A DNA stretch of 64,000 bases from an uncultured bacterium (GCA_937863565.1 CALMGJ010000020.1:838-64837), one strand, 5' to 3'. Counted from the stretch's first letter, positions 46,855 to 58,657 are shown. Notes: generated by a model from the sequence alone, not told the origin. Translations and numbers: made by a program.

Positions 46855-47637
46855 ATGAAAAAAGACAGGATATATGCCCTTATACTTGCCGTCGTTACGG
46901 ATATACTCCTGTTCTATCTTCTTACGCTGATGATACCGGACCATCACGGGAGAAGACCGCTCAAGGAACTCCCTCCGAGAAGACTCGTTTTCCTTCGCAC
47001 CTCATCCTCCGGTGATAAAAAACCCCAACAGGCAGTTGTGAAAGAAGGTCATGTCAGCGTGCCGTTGCCTTCAGAATTTTTCAAGGAGAAGGAAGGATCT
47101 TCCGAAGAGATCCCGGATGGAGGGACTAGTATCGTTTTCAGGCATTTCTCTCAGAGGATCACAGATGATAAGGCATATTCGATGAACGATCCCGTGCAGA
47201 GAGAAATGGGTGAATTCATTAAAAAGACCGTAAAAGAGGGACCGAAGGAGGAACCGGGGAGCGGCTCGGGTGGAGCCTATGGCGGAGTAGCGGTGAGCTT
47301 CTCCTGGGAGCAGTTATTCGCCTCCGTTTATTATGCGGCGGCCGGAAAACCATGGAAGGCATACGACAATTACAGGATATTCGATATCTCCGTGAAAGCC
47401 TATAAAAGCGGCGATCTGAAAACAGCTTGCGAAATGGCAAGTTACGTTGCCGCTGACACGCCTGACCCGGAGCTCAGGGAAAAAGCGTTCTACAGGAGAC
47501 TGATGTGTCTTTTCAGCCTCGGAGAGAACGAAGAACTCGTAAAGGAAGGCAATGCCTTTCTCGGCATGTTCCCCAATTCTTCTTTTCGGGAAGGCGTATC
47601 GGCATTCCTTGTCTTAGCCGGCCGTGCTGACGAATAA
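46855..47637 (+). CDS. hypothetical N-terminally membrane-anchored protein with C-terminal TPR-like helical domain
   Basis: One N-terminal TM helix. Gly-rich linker. C-terminal helical repeats. Confidence 0.5.
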   Translation: MKKDRIYALILAVVTDILLFYLLTLMIPDHHGRRPLKELPPRRLVFLRTSSSGDKKPQQAVVKEGHVSVPLPSEFFKEKEGSSEEIPDGGTSIVFRHFSQRITDDKAYSMNDPVQREMGEFIKKTVKEGPKEEPGSGSGGAYGGVAVSFSWEQLFASVYYAAAGKPWKAYDNYRIFDISVKAYKSGDLKTACEMASYVAADTPDPELREKAFYRRLMCLFSLGENEELVKEGNAFLGMFPNSSFREGVSAFLVLAGRADE

Positions 47638-47701
47638 GGGCTCCGATGCCCGGTGATCCGTTCATTGATTTTTTACCAGAAGAAAAGTATAATATAAAAT
47701 T

Positions 47702-48235
47702 ATGAGTTCCGAAAAAAAACTTTATCTTTCAATCCTTTTTTCAGCGGGGCTGTTCATGGCATACATGCTGATCAACGCCTTTCTTTCGGGAAATTCCGCA
47801 AAATACATCGATGTACCTGCGGGTGAGGAAGAGATCATGGGGAAAGGGATATCCATCCTGAAAAAACAGAGGGCTTTCAAGATATTTCTCATTTCCGTCA
47901 AGGTTGAGGACGGCAAACTCGTCAGGGCGGGCATCTCGGCAGAGAGAGTGCACCAGGACATCTTCGAAGAACACCTTTTTTTCGGAGATAACAGGAGGTA
48001 TGACCTCTACTACGCGAACGGGCGTTTCACGGGCATCTCGGTGGGAGAACTGAAACACGGAACAGCGCCGGTGATCGATCCGGAGAAAGTGAACATCTCT
48101 TTTACGATCAAAAAGATATGCCGCATGTTCGAGCTTGACGAGTACGAATGCGATTTTGACCTTGAGAGAAGCCTCATTATTATAAAGACCGGCGGGCGGG
48201 TCGAGAAAATCCTATCCATTTGGGAGTACTTATGA
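47702..48235 (+). CDS. hypothetical membrane-anchored protein
   Basis: N-terminal TM helix. No recognised domain. Confidence 0.45.
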   Translation: MSSEKKLYLSILFSAGLFMAYMLINAFLSGNSAKYIDVPAGEEEIMGKGISILKKQRAFKIFLISVKVEDGKLVRAGISAERVHQDIFEEHLFFGDNRRYDLYYANGRFTGISVGELKHGTAPVIDPEKVNISFTIKKICRMFELDEYECDFDLERSLIIIKTGGRVEKILSIWEYL

Positions 48236-49299
48236 AAAAATATGTCTATCTTGCATTCCTGTTCATCCTTCTTGTTCCGAGAGCGCAGGATCAATTAAAA
48301 TACCTTGGAAGTTTCGACCTCAGAGATGCCGCGGAGATCGAGAAGGCCGTGGACATGATCAGGACGGACCCGAAACTCATTCATATAGTTGCTTCCCGTA
48401 TCAGATTCGATACGCCTCCCGAAGAACTTATCCGTTTCATTTTCCTTCTTTCTTTGGAGAAGTACCCGGCCTCGTACTTTCCCGTAAAATTGATATTTGA
48501 CGCTGAACCGGACGAAGTGCTTTTCGCCGCCTGTGTTAATTATTTCGTATCGATGAATACTGATGCCTCCAAAGGATTGCTTCTTGATTATTTGAATGAA
48601 AAGGAAAAATATACGGACACATGGTACCTCAGCGCTTTTAAGCTCGTAAAAGAAGGCTTTGAACCGAATAAGATATTTCCCCTTCTTTTCATGGAAGGGT
48701 GTGACAAGTACCGTTCCGCATCAGTTCTGTGTCTTGCGCCTGACACATTTAAAAAAGACATGATCGATCTTTTCATTTCTCAAGAAGATCATTTCGAAGC
48801 ATCGGCCTATGCTCTGTATATGATAGCCACCCGTTTAACAGAAAAGGAGTTACGGACTCTCTTTGCCAAATGCAGAAGGGATCAGGGCAAATTGTTCCTG
48901 CTTTTTTCAGTTTTCGAAAAATCAGGAGAGATCGAAGCCGTGCAATTCCTTCGTAAATCGGCAAAGAAGGGGGCTTTGAAAAAGGAGGCTTCAGAAAAAC
49001 TCGGCGAGATCAAGAAGATACTGGAAGTGGATTGGGTGAAGAAAAAGATATTTAAACCTCAGGGGGACACAGCTGCCTTGAAAACGATGATAGACGGTAT
49101 CGGGACCGATCAGGAACTTTACGATTACGCGAAATTAACCGAGTTTGCCGGAGCAGGAGATATCGGAGAACTCCAGCGTTTGCAGACCCTTCTTCCGGAT
49201 ATCTTCTCATCCAAGGGCCTTAAACGCATTGATGAGATAAATAATCTCATATTCATTTTAAAAGCATCGGGCGATCTTTCCTATTTTCTGGAGTTATGA
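48232..49299 (+). CDS. hypothetical secreted alpha-helical (HEAT/ARM-like) protein
   Basis: Signal peptide after MKKYVYLAFLFILLVP. The helical repeat assignment is weak. Confidence 0.5.
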   Translation: MKKYVYLAFLFILLVPRAQDQLKYLGSFDLRDAAEIEKAVDMIRTDPKLIHIVASRIRFDTPPEELIRFIFLLSLEKYPASYFPVKLIFDAEPDEVLFAACVNYFVSMNTDASKGLLLDYLNEKEKYTDTWYLSAFKLVKEGFEPNKIFPLLFMEGCDKYRSASVLCLAPDTFKKDMIDLFISQEDHFEASAYALYMIATRLTEKELRTLFAKCRRDQGKLFLLFSVFEKSGEIEAVQFLRKSAKKGALKKEASEKLGEIKKILEVDWVKKKIFKPQGDTAALKTMIDGIGTDQELYDYAKLTEFAGAGDIGELQRLQTLLPDIFSSKGLKRIDEINNLIFILKASGDLSYFLEL

Positions 49300-49300
49300 T

Positions 49301-51067
49301 ATGAAGGCCGTTCTGAAACCCCTGAATACTTCCGCCGGTGACCTTGAAGGGAATGCCGCGCTGATAACGGATTGCATCAGAGAAAACCCCGGAGAGCATT
49401 TCTTCGTTTTTCCCGAGATGTGCCTCAGTTCATATCCTTCGTACGATCTGTGGCAGAACAAGGATCTTGTGCTCGCTGAACGCAATATGTTGAGCCGTAT
49501 CGCAGAACTTGCGAAAGGGAAACTGGTCATATTGGGGGCTTCGAGGATAGCTGACGACACCGAACGGAAATACAGCGATCCCACAAAGATGAAGGACTCT
49601 CCTTTTGACCTTAAAAATTGCGCCTATGTCCTCTTTAATGGCCGTGTGGCGGGATTCCAGGATAAATTCAATCTGCCCTCTTATGATATTTTTTTCGAGA
49701 ACAGGTATTTCAATCCCGGGAAGGATATCTATGTTTTCATGCTTGTTTCAAACGGCGACCGGCTTCAAAAGGTCTTAAATTTTGTTCTCGAGAACGGTAT
49801 GCTGAGGGAGCCGCATTCGAATTTCAGGATGAATAAGTGGGAAGCCGAGACGAAATATTCGAAAGGTCACAAAGTTCGATGGTTGGGGCTTTCGGTCTGT
49901 GAAGATATCTGGGTCAAGGGCAGTGTGCCGTACATACAGGGCGAATTCGGATGCGATATTTTTATCAATATTTCCGCTTCCCCTTTCTATGCCGGAAAGG
50001 CCGGGGAAAGAGAAAAACTCCTTGTCTCCTTCTCGAAGAAATACAGAGGTGAACTCCTCTATGTCAACAGAAGCGGGGCAGAGGATCATCTCCTTTTTGA
50101 CGGGGCAAGTCTGTATTTGAAAAACGGTAAAACGGCCGGCGTTTCGAGGCCGTTTCGGGATGATGCGCTGAAAACAGCAGGAAAAACCGGCAGGAAAGTA
50201 TCCGCTCATGTATTAATCCCCCGGGAAGAAGAACTATTTAACGCTCTTATAGCGGGAATAAGGAATTACTTCGTTAAAAACGGGTTCACTAAAGCGGTCA
50301 TTGGGCTCTCAGGAGGCCTGGATTCTGCAGTTGTAGCCGTTCTTGCCGCAAAGGCCCTCGGGCCGCGCAATGTAACAGGTATAATGATGCCCGGGCCATA
50401 TTCCTCGGATTCTTCCGAAAAGGATGCGCTTGAATGCGCAAAGCGGCTCGGCATCAAAAGAGAAAAGACATGCATCGGCCTGATCTACTCTTCATATATT
50501 GAAGGATTGGGCATCGAACAAGGCAAGAAGGTTTCGCTCACCGAACAGAACATTCAATCCCGGATCAGAGGCAATATTCTTATGGCCCGCGCAAATTCCC
50601 TGAACGCGCTTGTGCTTTCCACCGGGAATAAATCCGAGCTTGCTATGGGCTACTGCACACTCTACGGGGACATGGCAGGCGCGCTTTCTCCCATCGCCGA
50701 TATTTTCAAAACGGATGTTTATAAGATCGCCGGATATATAAACGCTCGGTTTGGGAGACCTATACCGGCCGAAATAATCAGGAAGGCCCCTTCAGCTGAA
50801 CTGGCACCCGGGCAAATGGATGAGGATGATCTGCCCCCCTACGCGATCCTTGACAGGATACTCGGGCTTTATCTCGAGGAAAGGCTGTCAGCTGATGAGA
50901 TCGTTAAAAAGGGATTTGAAAAGAAGACCGTAAAAAGGATCATAGATAATATCAGAAGAACGGAGTTTAAAAGAAAACAGGCCGCGGTTTCTTTGAAAGT
51001 ATCCGTAAAGGCCTTCGGCCCGGGCAGGATCATGCCCATCTCGGACAGGAGCAAAGATGAAGCTTGA
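49301..51067 (+). CDS. nadE: glutamine-dependent NAD+ synthetase (CN-hydrolase plus NAD-synthase domains)
   Basis: C-terminal GLSGGLDSAVVAVLA PP-loop. N-terminal nitrilase-like domain. Confidence 0.9.
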   Translation: MKAVLKPLNTSAGDLEGNAALITDCIRENPGEHFFVFPEMCLSSYPSYDLWQNKDLVLAERNMLSRIAELAKGKLVILGASRIADDTERKYSDPTKMKDSPFDLKNCAYVLFNGRVAGFQDKFNLPSYDIFFENRYFNPGKDIYVFMLVSNGDRLQKVLNFVLENGMLREPHSNFRMNKWEAETKYSKGHKVRWLGLSVCEDIWVKGSVPYIQGEFGCDIFINISASPFYAGKAGEREKLLVSFSKKYRGELLYVNRSGAEDHLLFDGASLYLKNGKTAGVSRPFRDDALKTAGKTGRKVSAHVLIPREEELFNALIAGIRNYFVKNGFTKAVIGLSGGLDSAVVAVLAAKALGPRNVTGIMMPGPYSSDSSEKDALECAKRLGIKREKTCIGLIYSSYIEGLGIEQGKKVSLTEQNIQSRIRGNILMARANSLNALVLSTGNKSELAMGYCTLYGDMAGALSPIADIFKTDVYKIAGYINARFGRPIPAEIIRKAPSAELAPGQMDEDDLPPYAILDRILGLYLEERLSADEIVKKGFEKKTVKRIIDNIRRTEFKRKQAAVSLKVSVKAFGPGRIMPISDRSKDEA

Positions 51068-51740
51068 CATCGTCGAGCTTCCTGCTGCGGATATTAGAAT
51101 TGTTTTCCCTTATGATGGGATTTATATCAATGAACCTTTAAAGATAGTTTATTATAAAGATGCATACATTTCCTTTGACGGCCTTCCCTCAAAAGAGAAG
51201 CAGGTCTGTATCCGCTATGAAGGATTCGGGAAGGATGGGATCCTCGGGTTCAGGGCAAACAGATACCCTTCTATTCGTTTCAAGGATGAATATTTTTTAT
51301 TAAAGTATTCCGGGGAAACAATGAACAATGGTTTGAACCGGCTGTTCAATATTCTCGGAGAGCCTGCTTTAAAATTCAATGATCCCGAACTTCTATCTCT
51401 TTCCGGAAAGACCGATGAGTTCCTTTCATTCATTCAACCTCTCATTGCGGATTATACGCCCGGACGGAATAAGATAGAGGAATTGAATCTCCTTTTTCTG
51501 TCAGCACGGGCGAAAAACCTGGAACCTGTACCCCCTTCCCTTCAATTATCCGGGAAACAGTTCTTCGATTCCGTACGGAATTCACTTTTGACGATCACGA
51601 ATCCCGGATTGACCGGGATCCGAAGAAAAGCTGAGGCATACGGGAGAAAACTGGCAGGTAAAACCGGCGAGAAAGTGACTTTTAAAATCAAAGACGGAAG
51701 GGTGGAATTCCACATTATTCAAGATTTTAGCAATCTATAG
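51057..51740 (+). CDS. hypothetical protein
   Basis: 227 aa. Overlaps the nadE stop. No recognised domain. Confidence 0.5.
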   Translation: MKLDIVELPAADIRIVFPYDGIYINEPLKIVYYKDAYISFDGLPSKEKQVCIRYEGFGKDGILGFRANRYPSIRFKDEYFLLKYSGETMNNGLNRLFNILGEPALKFNDPELLSLSGKTDEFLSFIQPLIADYTPGRNKIEELNLLFLSARAKNLEPVPPSLQLSGKQFFDSVRNSLLTITNPGLTGIRRKAEAYGRKLAGKTGEKVTFKIKDGRVEFHIIQDFSNL

Positions 51741-51806
51741 TCCCGGATACATCTTCCCTTTATAACTATACTTATCCTTATCTGTTATTTTTATTTAAAA
51801 AATTTC

Positions 51807-51835
51807 TTGACAAAGAAACTGTTTTTTATTATAAT
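51807..51835 (+). promoter_or_regulatory. consensus sigma-70 promoter TTGACA-N17-TATAAT for groESL
   Basis: TTGACA at 51807-51812, 17-nt spacer, TATAAT at 51830-51835. Confidence 0.6.
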
Positions 51836-51862
51836 TTAGCAGTTAAGAGGCTAGACTGCTAA
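51836..51862 (+). promoter_or_regulatory. CIRCE-like inverted repeat (HrcA operator candidate) TTAGCAGTT-N9-GACTGCTAA
   Basis: 9-N9-9 architecture immediately after the -10 element, the classical CIRCE position. Four mismatches to the consensus TTAGCACTC-N9-GAGTGCTAA. Confidence 0.55.
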
Positions 51863-51877
51863 TATATGGAGGTAGAT

Positions 51878-52168
51878 ATGAATATCAAACCGTTAAGGGA
51901 CAAAGTCATTTTAAAGCCGGAGGAACCGAAGGAAAGTAAGGTCGGTTCACTCTACATCCCTGACACAGCTCAGGAGAAAAAGAATATCGGTATCGTAACG
52001 GCCATCGGACCCGGAAAAAGAGATAAGGACGGGAAACTTATACCCATGGATGTCAAAGAGAAAGACAGGGTTATCTATTCCAAGTATGCCGGAACTGAGA
52101 TCGAAATAGGTAGCGAGAAACTGATCATACTCGATCAGGACGATATTATCGGCGTTATCGAAGGTTAA
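51878..52168 (+). CDS. groES: co-chaperonin GroES
   Basis: MNIKPLRDKVILKPEE... GGAGG Shine-Dalgarno 5 nt upstream. The in-frame ATG at 51866 lacks an SD. Confidence 0.9.
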   Translation: MNIKPLRDKVILKPEEPKESKVGSLYIPDTAQEKKNIGIVTAIGPGKRDKDGKLIPMDVKEKDRVIYSKYAGTEIEIGSEKLIILDQDDIIGVIEG

Positions 52169-52172
52169 TTAG

Positions 52173-53828
<1,656 letters not shown>

Positions 53829-53860
53829 TAAGGAAAAGCAGCTTACATAGGCGCTTTACC

Positions 53861-53894
53861 GGGGGAGGGACGAAAGTTCCTCCCCCTTTTTTTT
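53861..53894. terminator. bidirectional rho-independent terminator (GGGGGAGG-loop-CCTCCCCC plus T8) between convergent groEL and lepA
   Basis: Perfect 8-bp GC-rich stem followed by TTTTTTTT. Confidence 0.7.
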
Positions 53895-53940
53895 GATGTG
53901 TATAACGTAAAATCGGATAAAACAGATCCGGATAGCGGGG

Positions 53941-55740
53941 TCAATCTATTTTCAGAATATTTAAAAATGCGCTTTTGGGTACATTGATATTCCCGATCGA
54001 GCGCATCTTCTTCTTTCCTTCTTTTTGTTTTTCCAGAAGTTTTCTCTTTCTTGTGATATCGCCCCCGTAGCATTTTGCAAGCACATCCTTGCGCAGAGCT
54101 GAAACCTGCACTGACGCGATGATCTTGGATGAGATGGCCGATTGGATCTTGATCACGAAAAGGTGACGGGGTATCTCTTCCTTGAGTTTTTCGATGATCT
54201 CACGGGCTCTTCTTTCCGCTTTGCTCCTCTCGGTAAGAAAAGAGAATGCTGGAACGGGTTTGCCATTTAAGAGTATTTCCACCTTGATGATATCGGATAC
54301 TTTGTATACGGGATTCCCGTAATCCAGGGAGGAATACCCCTTTGTAGCGCTTTTCATTTTATCGAAAAAATTCGAGATGATTTCGGAAAGCGGTATGGTA
54401 AAATGCAAGATGATCCTGTTATCGCCGATATATTCGGTTTTCTGTGTTAATGTTCCCCTTTTTTCTTCAATGAGCCTGATTAGTATATCCACATAATTAA
54501 TGAAACTGATTATCGTTGCTTCAACGAAGGGTTCAAGCACTTCTTCGATCTGGGCCGGATCGGGGAACTGCTCGGTATCGTTCACCAGAAGTTCGGTCCC
54601 GTCTTTCTTCTTTACCTTGTACTGGACGCTCGGGGCGGTCAACACGGCATCTGTTTCGAATTCACGGGACAGGCGTTCGCTCACGATCTCCATATGAAGA
54701 AGACCCAGAAAACCGACTCTGAAACCGAACCCTAGGAAATTCGATGCCTCATGCTCGTAGATCAACGAGGAATCGTTCAGGACGATCTTTTCCAGAGACC
54801 TTTTTAATTTCTCATAATCCTCGTTCTGGGCAGGATACAAGCCCGCATAGACCATGGGTTTTATCTTTAGAAAACCTTGAACGGGAAGACCGTGTTCATC
54901 CCCTTTCCTGAAGACCGTATCCCCGATGAAGACCTCCTTAAGGTCCCTTATGCCGGCCACAATGTATCCGACTTCGCCTGCTTTCAGCATTTCCTTTTCG
55001 TACATACGCTCCTTGAACACGCCAAGTTCAAGTATCTCGTAAATACCCTTTGAGGAATTGAGGATGATCTTCTTTCCCTTTTCAAATTCTCCGTCAAAAA
55101 CCCTTATATGCAGTATAACGCCTCTGTATTGTTCATACTGGGCATCGAAGATCAGAGCTCTCGGAATTCCGCAGGTCGATACCGGGGGTTTTATTCTCTC
55201 TTTAATAGCTTCCAGAAGATCGGGTATATTCTGTCCTGTTTTTGCAGAGATCCTGATTATCTCCTCCGACCTGAACCCGAACGCGTCCTTCAATTCTTTC
55301 TTGACCTCCTCTACACGTGCATTGGAAAGATCGATCTTATTTATGACGGGGATGATGTCAAGACCCTGATTGAAGGCCATGAACATGTTCGAGAAGGTCT
55401 GCGCTTCAAGCCCTTGCGAAGCATCCACGAGAAGAACGGCTCCTTCGCATGCGGCGAGGCTTCTCGAAACTTCATAAGAGAAGTCGACATGGCCCGGGGT
55501 ATCTATAAGATTGTAAATGTAATTCTTACCGTCAGAAGAGAAGTAATTTAAACGAATCGGCTGGGCTTTGATCGTGATGCCGCGTTCCCTCTCGATATCC
55601 ATTTTATCAAGGAACTGCGGGCGCATTTTTCTCTGCGGGATCGACTGCGTTGACTCGATAAGGCGGTCCGCAAGGGTCGATTTCCCATGATCTATATGCG
55701 CTATTATCGAGAAGTTGCGCGTATTGTCCCCGGAGTCCAT
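53941..55740 (-). CDS. lepA: translation elongation factor 4 (LepA)
   Basis: NFSIIAHIDHGKSTL G1 motif. Full-length LepA. Confidence 0.95.
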   Translation of the reverse strand: MDSGDNTRNFSIIAHIDHGKSTLADRLIESTQSIPQRKMRPQFLDKMDIERERGITIKAQPIRLNYFSSDGKNYIYNLIDTPGHVDFSYEVSRSLAACEGAVLLVDASQGLEAQTFSNMFMAFNQGLDIIPVINKIDLSNARVEEVKKELKDAFGFRSEEIIRISAKTGQNIPDLLEAIKERIKPPVSTCGIPRALIFDAQYEQYRGVILHIRVFDGEFEKGKKIILNSSKGIYEILELGVFKERMYEKEMLKAGEVGYIVAGIRDLKEVFIGDTVFRKGDEHGLPVQGFLKIKPMVYAGLYPAQNEDYEKLKRSLEKIVLNDSSLIYEHEASNFLGFGFRVGFLGLLHMEIVSERLSREFETDAVLTAPSVQYKVKKKDGTELLVNDTEQFPDPAQIEEVLEPFVEATIISFINYVDILIRLIEEKRGTLTQKTEYIGDNRIILHFTIPLSEIISNFFDKMKSATKGYSSLDYGNPVYKVSDIIKVEILLNGKPVPAFSFLTERSKAERRAREIIEKLKEEIPRHLFVIKIQSAISSKIIASVQVSALRKDVLAKCYGGDITRKRKLLEKQKEGKKKMRSIGNINVPKSAFLNILKID

Positions 55741-57098
55741 TAAAATTTATTCATGCTGTTCAAGTATTCCTGGTTGTTCTCCGTTTTCTTCATGAAGCGG
55801 AGTATGTATTCCATCTGAGCTACGGGGTTGTCGTCTGCCAGTATCTTCCGGAGAAGTATGATCTTCGCATAATCCTCGGGACTGAGGATGAGCTCTTCCT
55901 TTCTTGTGCCGGATTTCTGAAGATTAATTGCCGGGAATATCCTTAGATCGGACAACTGCCGGTCAAGGTGGATCTCCATATTGCCGGTTCCCTTGAATTC
56001 TTCAAAGATGACCTCATCCATTCTGGAACCCGTATCGATAAGGGCTGTTGCGATGATCGTCAGGCTTCCGCCGTCCTCGGTGTTTCTTGCGGCACCGAAG
56101 AATTTCTTCGGTTCTCTTACGGCGGAGGATTCGAGACCCCCGGAGAGGACCCTCCCCGACGAGGGCTGTACGGCATTGTTCGCCCGCGCGAAGCGTGTAA
56201 GGCTGTCCATCAATATCACAACGTCTTTGCCAACTTCAACGAGTCTTTTGGCATATTTCAGGGTCATCATGGCAGCTTGAAGCTGTTGATGGGGAGCCTC
56301 ATCGAATGTAGAAGAAATAACAAGTCCGTTCACCGATCTCTGCATGTCCGTAACCTCTTCGGGTCTTTCGTCGATAAGAAGGACTATAAGATGCACTTCG
56401 GGATGATTCGCCGTGATCGAGTTGGCTATTTCCTTCAGTATAGTGGTTTTCCCCGTTCTGGGAGGCGCTACTATCATACCTCTTTGTCCTTTCCCGATAG
56501 GAGTGAAGAGATTCATGATCCTTGTTGAGAACACATTGGATTTGAATTCGAGATTGAGTTTATCTTTCGGATAAAGCGGCGTAAGATTCTCAAAAAGCGG
56601 GCGGTTCGCGATCTCGTCGAGGGTCAGATTGTTCACTTTCTGGACATTCATCATCGCCCAGTATTTTTCACCCTCGTTCTTCGGGGGTTTGATGATACCG
56701 AAAACAAAATCCCCTTCGCGAAGGAAATGCCTTTTGATGATCTGGGGAGCTACATAGATATCCTCGCTGCTCTGGATGAAATTCTCTTTAATATTCCTTA
56801 GGAAACCAAAACCCGTATTCTGGATCTGCAGGATACCTCCGCCGAGATAGAATTTCGTTCCTTTCTCGTTCAATCTTGTATCTATGATCTTCTGGATAAG
56901 CTCGTGCTTCCTGTAACTGATATATCCGTCTATCTGAAGCTGTTTCGCTATTACCTGAAGTTCTTTAACAGTTTTTTCCTGCAATTGACTCTGGTTCAGA
57001 AGTTCATCGTTATCCACTTGTTCTGCGACATCTCTTTCGTAATCCACAGGGGTATTGATGATCTCTTCGGAATCTGATTTTTTCTTTCTGCCTGCCAT
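55740..57098 (-). CDS. rho: transcription termination factor Rho
   Basis: Walker A PPRTGKT, Q- and R-loops. N-terminal extension relative to E. coli Rho. Confidence 0.95.
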   Translation of the reverse strand: MAGRKKKSDSEEIINTPVDYERDVAEQVDNDELLNQSQLQEKTVKELQVIAKQLQIDGYISYRKHELIQKIIDTRLNEKGTKFYLGGGILQIQNTGFGFLRNIKENFIQSSEDIYVAPQIIKRHFLREGDFVFGIIKPPKNEGEKYWAMMNVQKVNNLTLDEIANRPLFENLTPLYPKDKLNLEFKSNVFSTRIMNLFTPIGKGQRGMIVAPPRTGKTTILKEIANSITANHPEVHLIVLLIDERPEEVTDMQRSVNGLVISSTFDEAPHQQLQAAMMTLKYAKRLVEVGKDVVILMDSLTRFARANNAVQPSSGRVLSGGLESSAVREPKKFFGAARNTEDGGSLTIIATALIDTGSRMDEVIFEEFKGTGNMEIHLDRQLSDLRIFPAINLQKSGTRKEELILSPEDYAKIILLRKILADDNPVAQMEYILRFMKKTENNQEYLNSMNKF

Positions 57099-57109
57099 AA
57101 TATATCCTC

Positions 57110-58291
57110 CTATATTTCTATTCGGTTCTTTCCTGAACGTTTTGCCCCGTACATTTTCTTGTCCGCGGCTTCAATGAGTTCATAGGGCGTATTGCCGTCA
57201 CCGGGGAATGCCGCCAACCCGCAACTTACAGTTATCTTTCTCATAATAGAGTATTCGGTGAAATCATGTTCCTCGAATTTCCTTCTTACATTGTCCATCG
57301 TTTCATATACGCTTTCTTTGGTCTCCCCTATCGAAAGAACAAGAAATTCCTCGCCGCCGTACCGGCCTGCGATATAGCCTTGATCTATAAGATCTCTGAG
57401 AAGGGATGAGAAGACCATGAGCACTTTATCTCCAACGGGATGCCCATATGTATCGTTTACCGACTTAAAATCATCGATATCGAAAAAACTTATCGTAAGG
57501 GGGATTTTTTTCCTGACGCATCTGTTGAAGTCTTCGATCAGGTATTCGATAAGTATGCGTTTTTTGAAAAGCCCCGTTAGAAAATCCGTTTTTGAGAAAT
57601 TATCGTATTTCTGGAACAGATATATCTTCATCAGAACGATCAATGTGGTACTTATGAATATTCTCAGCTCGTCCTTGATCGCATCCTTAGAACTCAAATG
57701 GAAATAAAGGGTCAAAGTGATATTGCTCCTCTCCATCTTCTTCCCGTAATAACCTTTCCCGATCTCTCCGCATTCATCCGGGATGTCGCTCAATCCGAAT
57801 TTTTTTTCTACATCCTTCCTTACATGGAATATCTCTTCATTTCCCTCATAACCGGATATCCCCATCGCATCAACGGCGAACATCTGCTTAAAATAATCGA
57901 AGATCGTCTCGGAGATAGTCTGGAAATTGTTCTCGTAGCCTATCTTCTCGTACATATCGAGGATCTGGAAATAAAACTCTTCGAGGATCCTGAAATCCTC
58001 CATCTTGGACATGAGCTCCTTTTCCTCATATTCAAGGTTTTTAAGTTCATATTTTATCTGTTCTATCTTCCTTGCTATCCGTTCTCTTCTCAAGATCGCA
58101 TACCTGTCCATGAAAATGACCAGAACAGCGCTCAGAATGCCGAAGAAACAGAACGGTTGTCGCATCCCCGCAATAACAGCAGCTGCTGCCGATAAGATTA
58201 TCAGGATGAAGAAGAGCGACTTTTTACTCTTTGATGTTATGAAGTAAATCAAGTAAGGTACTAGTACAAATATTAATGGGATCACAAACAA
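57110..58291 (-). CDS. membrane-anchored diguanylate cyclase (GGDEF domain, GGEEF active site)
   Basis: Two N-terminal TM helices and a coiled-coil. C-terminal GGDEF with RYGGEEF. Confidence 0.85.
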   Translation of the reverse strand: MFVIPLIFVLVPYLIYFITSKSKKSLFFILIILSAAAAVIAGMRQPFCFFGILSAVLVIFMDRYAILRRERIARKIEQIKYELKNLEYEEKELMSKMEDFRILEEFYFQILDMYEKIGYENNFQTISETIFDYFKQMFAVDAMGISGYEGNEEIFHVRKDVEKKFGLSDIPDECGEIGKGYYGKKMERSNITLTLYFHLSSKDAIKDELRIFISTTLIVLMKIYLFQKYDNFSKTDFLTGLFKKRILIEYLIEDFNRCVRKKIPLTISFFDIDDFKSVNDTYGHPVGDKVLMVFSSLLRDLIDQGYIAGRYGGEEFLVLSIGETKESVYETMDNVRRKFEEHDFTEYSIMRKITVSCGLAAFPGDGNTPYELIEAADKKMYGAKRSGKNRIEI

Positions 58292-58566
58292 ATTAAACGC
58301 CGGATCAGTTAATGTTCCTGTCGCTCTGATCGGCTATCCGCGCATACGTGGATCAGAGAGATTTAGCGGTCACGAATAAACTTTCGCTTCGCTTACCGTT
58401 TTCGCGACCCCGCCTCGCCTGTCGAGTCAATGTTCCATTGACTTTGGACATGGCTCCGGCTTTCGAATCTGCCGGGACACACCTTAAGAAAGGAATGTCC
58501 CGAATCCGGAAGCAGTTCATGTTTCTGCCTCTCTTCTAACCCTTAGCCTCCAGCCTCTCTATTATC

Positions 58567-58657
58567 TGGCGGAGAGGCAGGGATTCGAACCCTGGGTTCG
58601 ATTAACTCGAACAACTGCTTAGCAGGCAGCTCCCTTCGGCCTCTCGGGCACCTCTCC
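58567..58657 (-). tRNA. tRNA-Ser (anticodon GCU), CCA encoded
   Basis: The reverse complement folds as a cloverleaf closely similar to E. coli tRNA-Ser(GCU). Acceptor GGAGAGG/CCTCTCC, anticodon loop CTGCTAA, long variable arm, T-loop GGTTCGAATCC, 3' GCCA. Confidence 0.85.

Noticed and set aside
51866-51877. GroES start at 51866 (MEVDM...)
   Set aside because: It lies inside or adjacent to the CIRCE element without an SD. The ATG at 51878 has a GGAGG SD and gives the canonical MNIKPL N-terminus.
58348-58539. 63-aa ORF in the gap upstream of tRNA-Ser
   Set aside because: No SD, Arg/Pro-rich odd composition, sits in a region with RNA-like inverted repeats. More likely non-coding.
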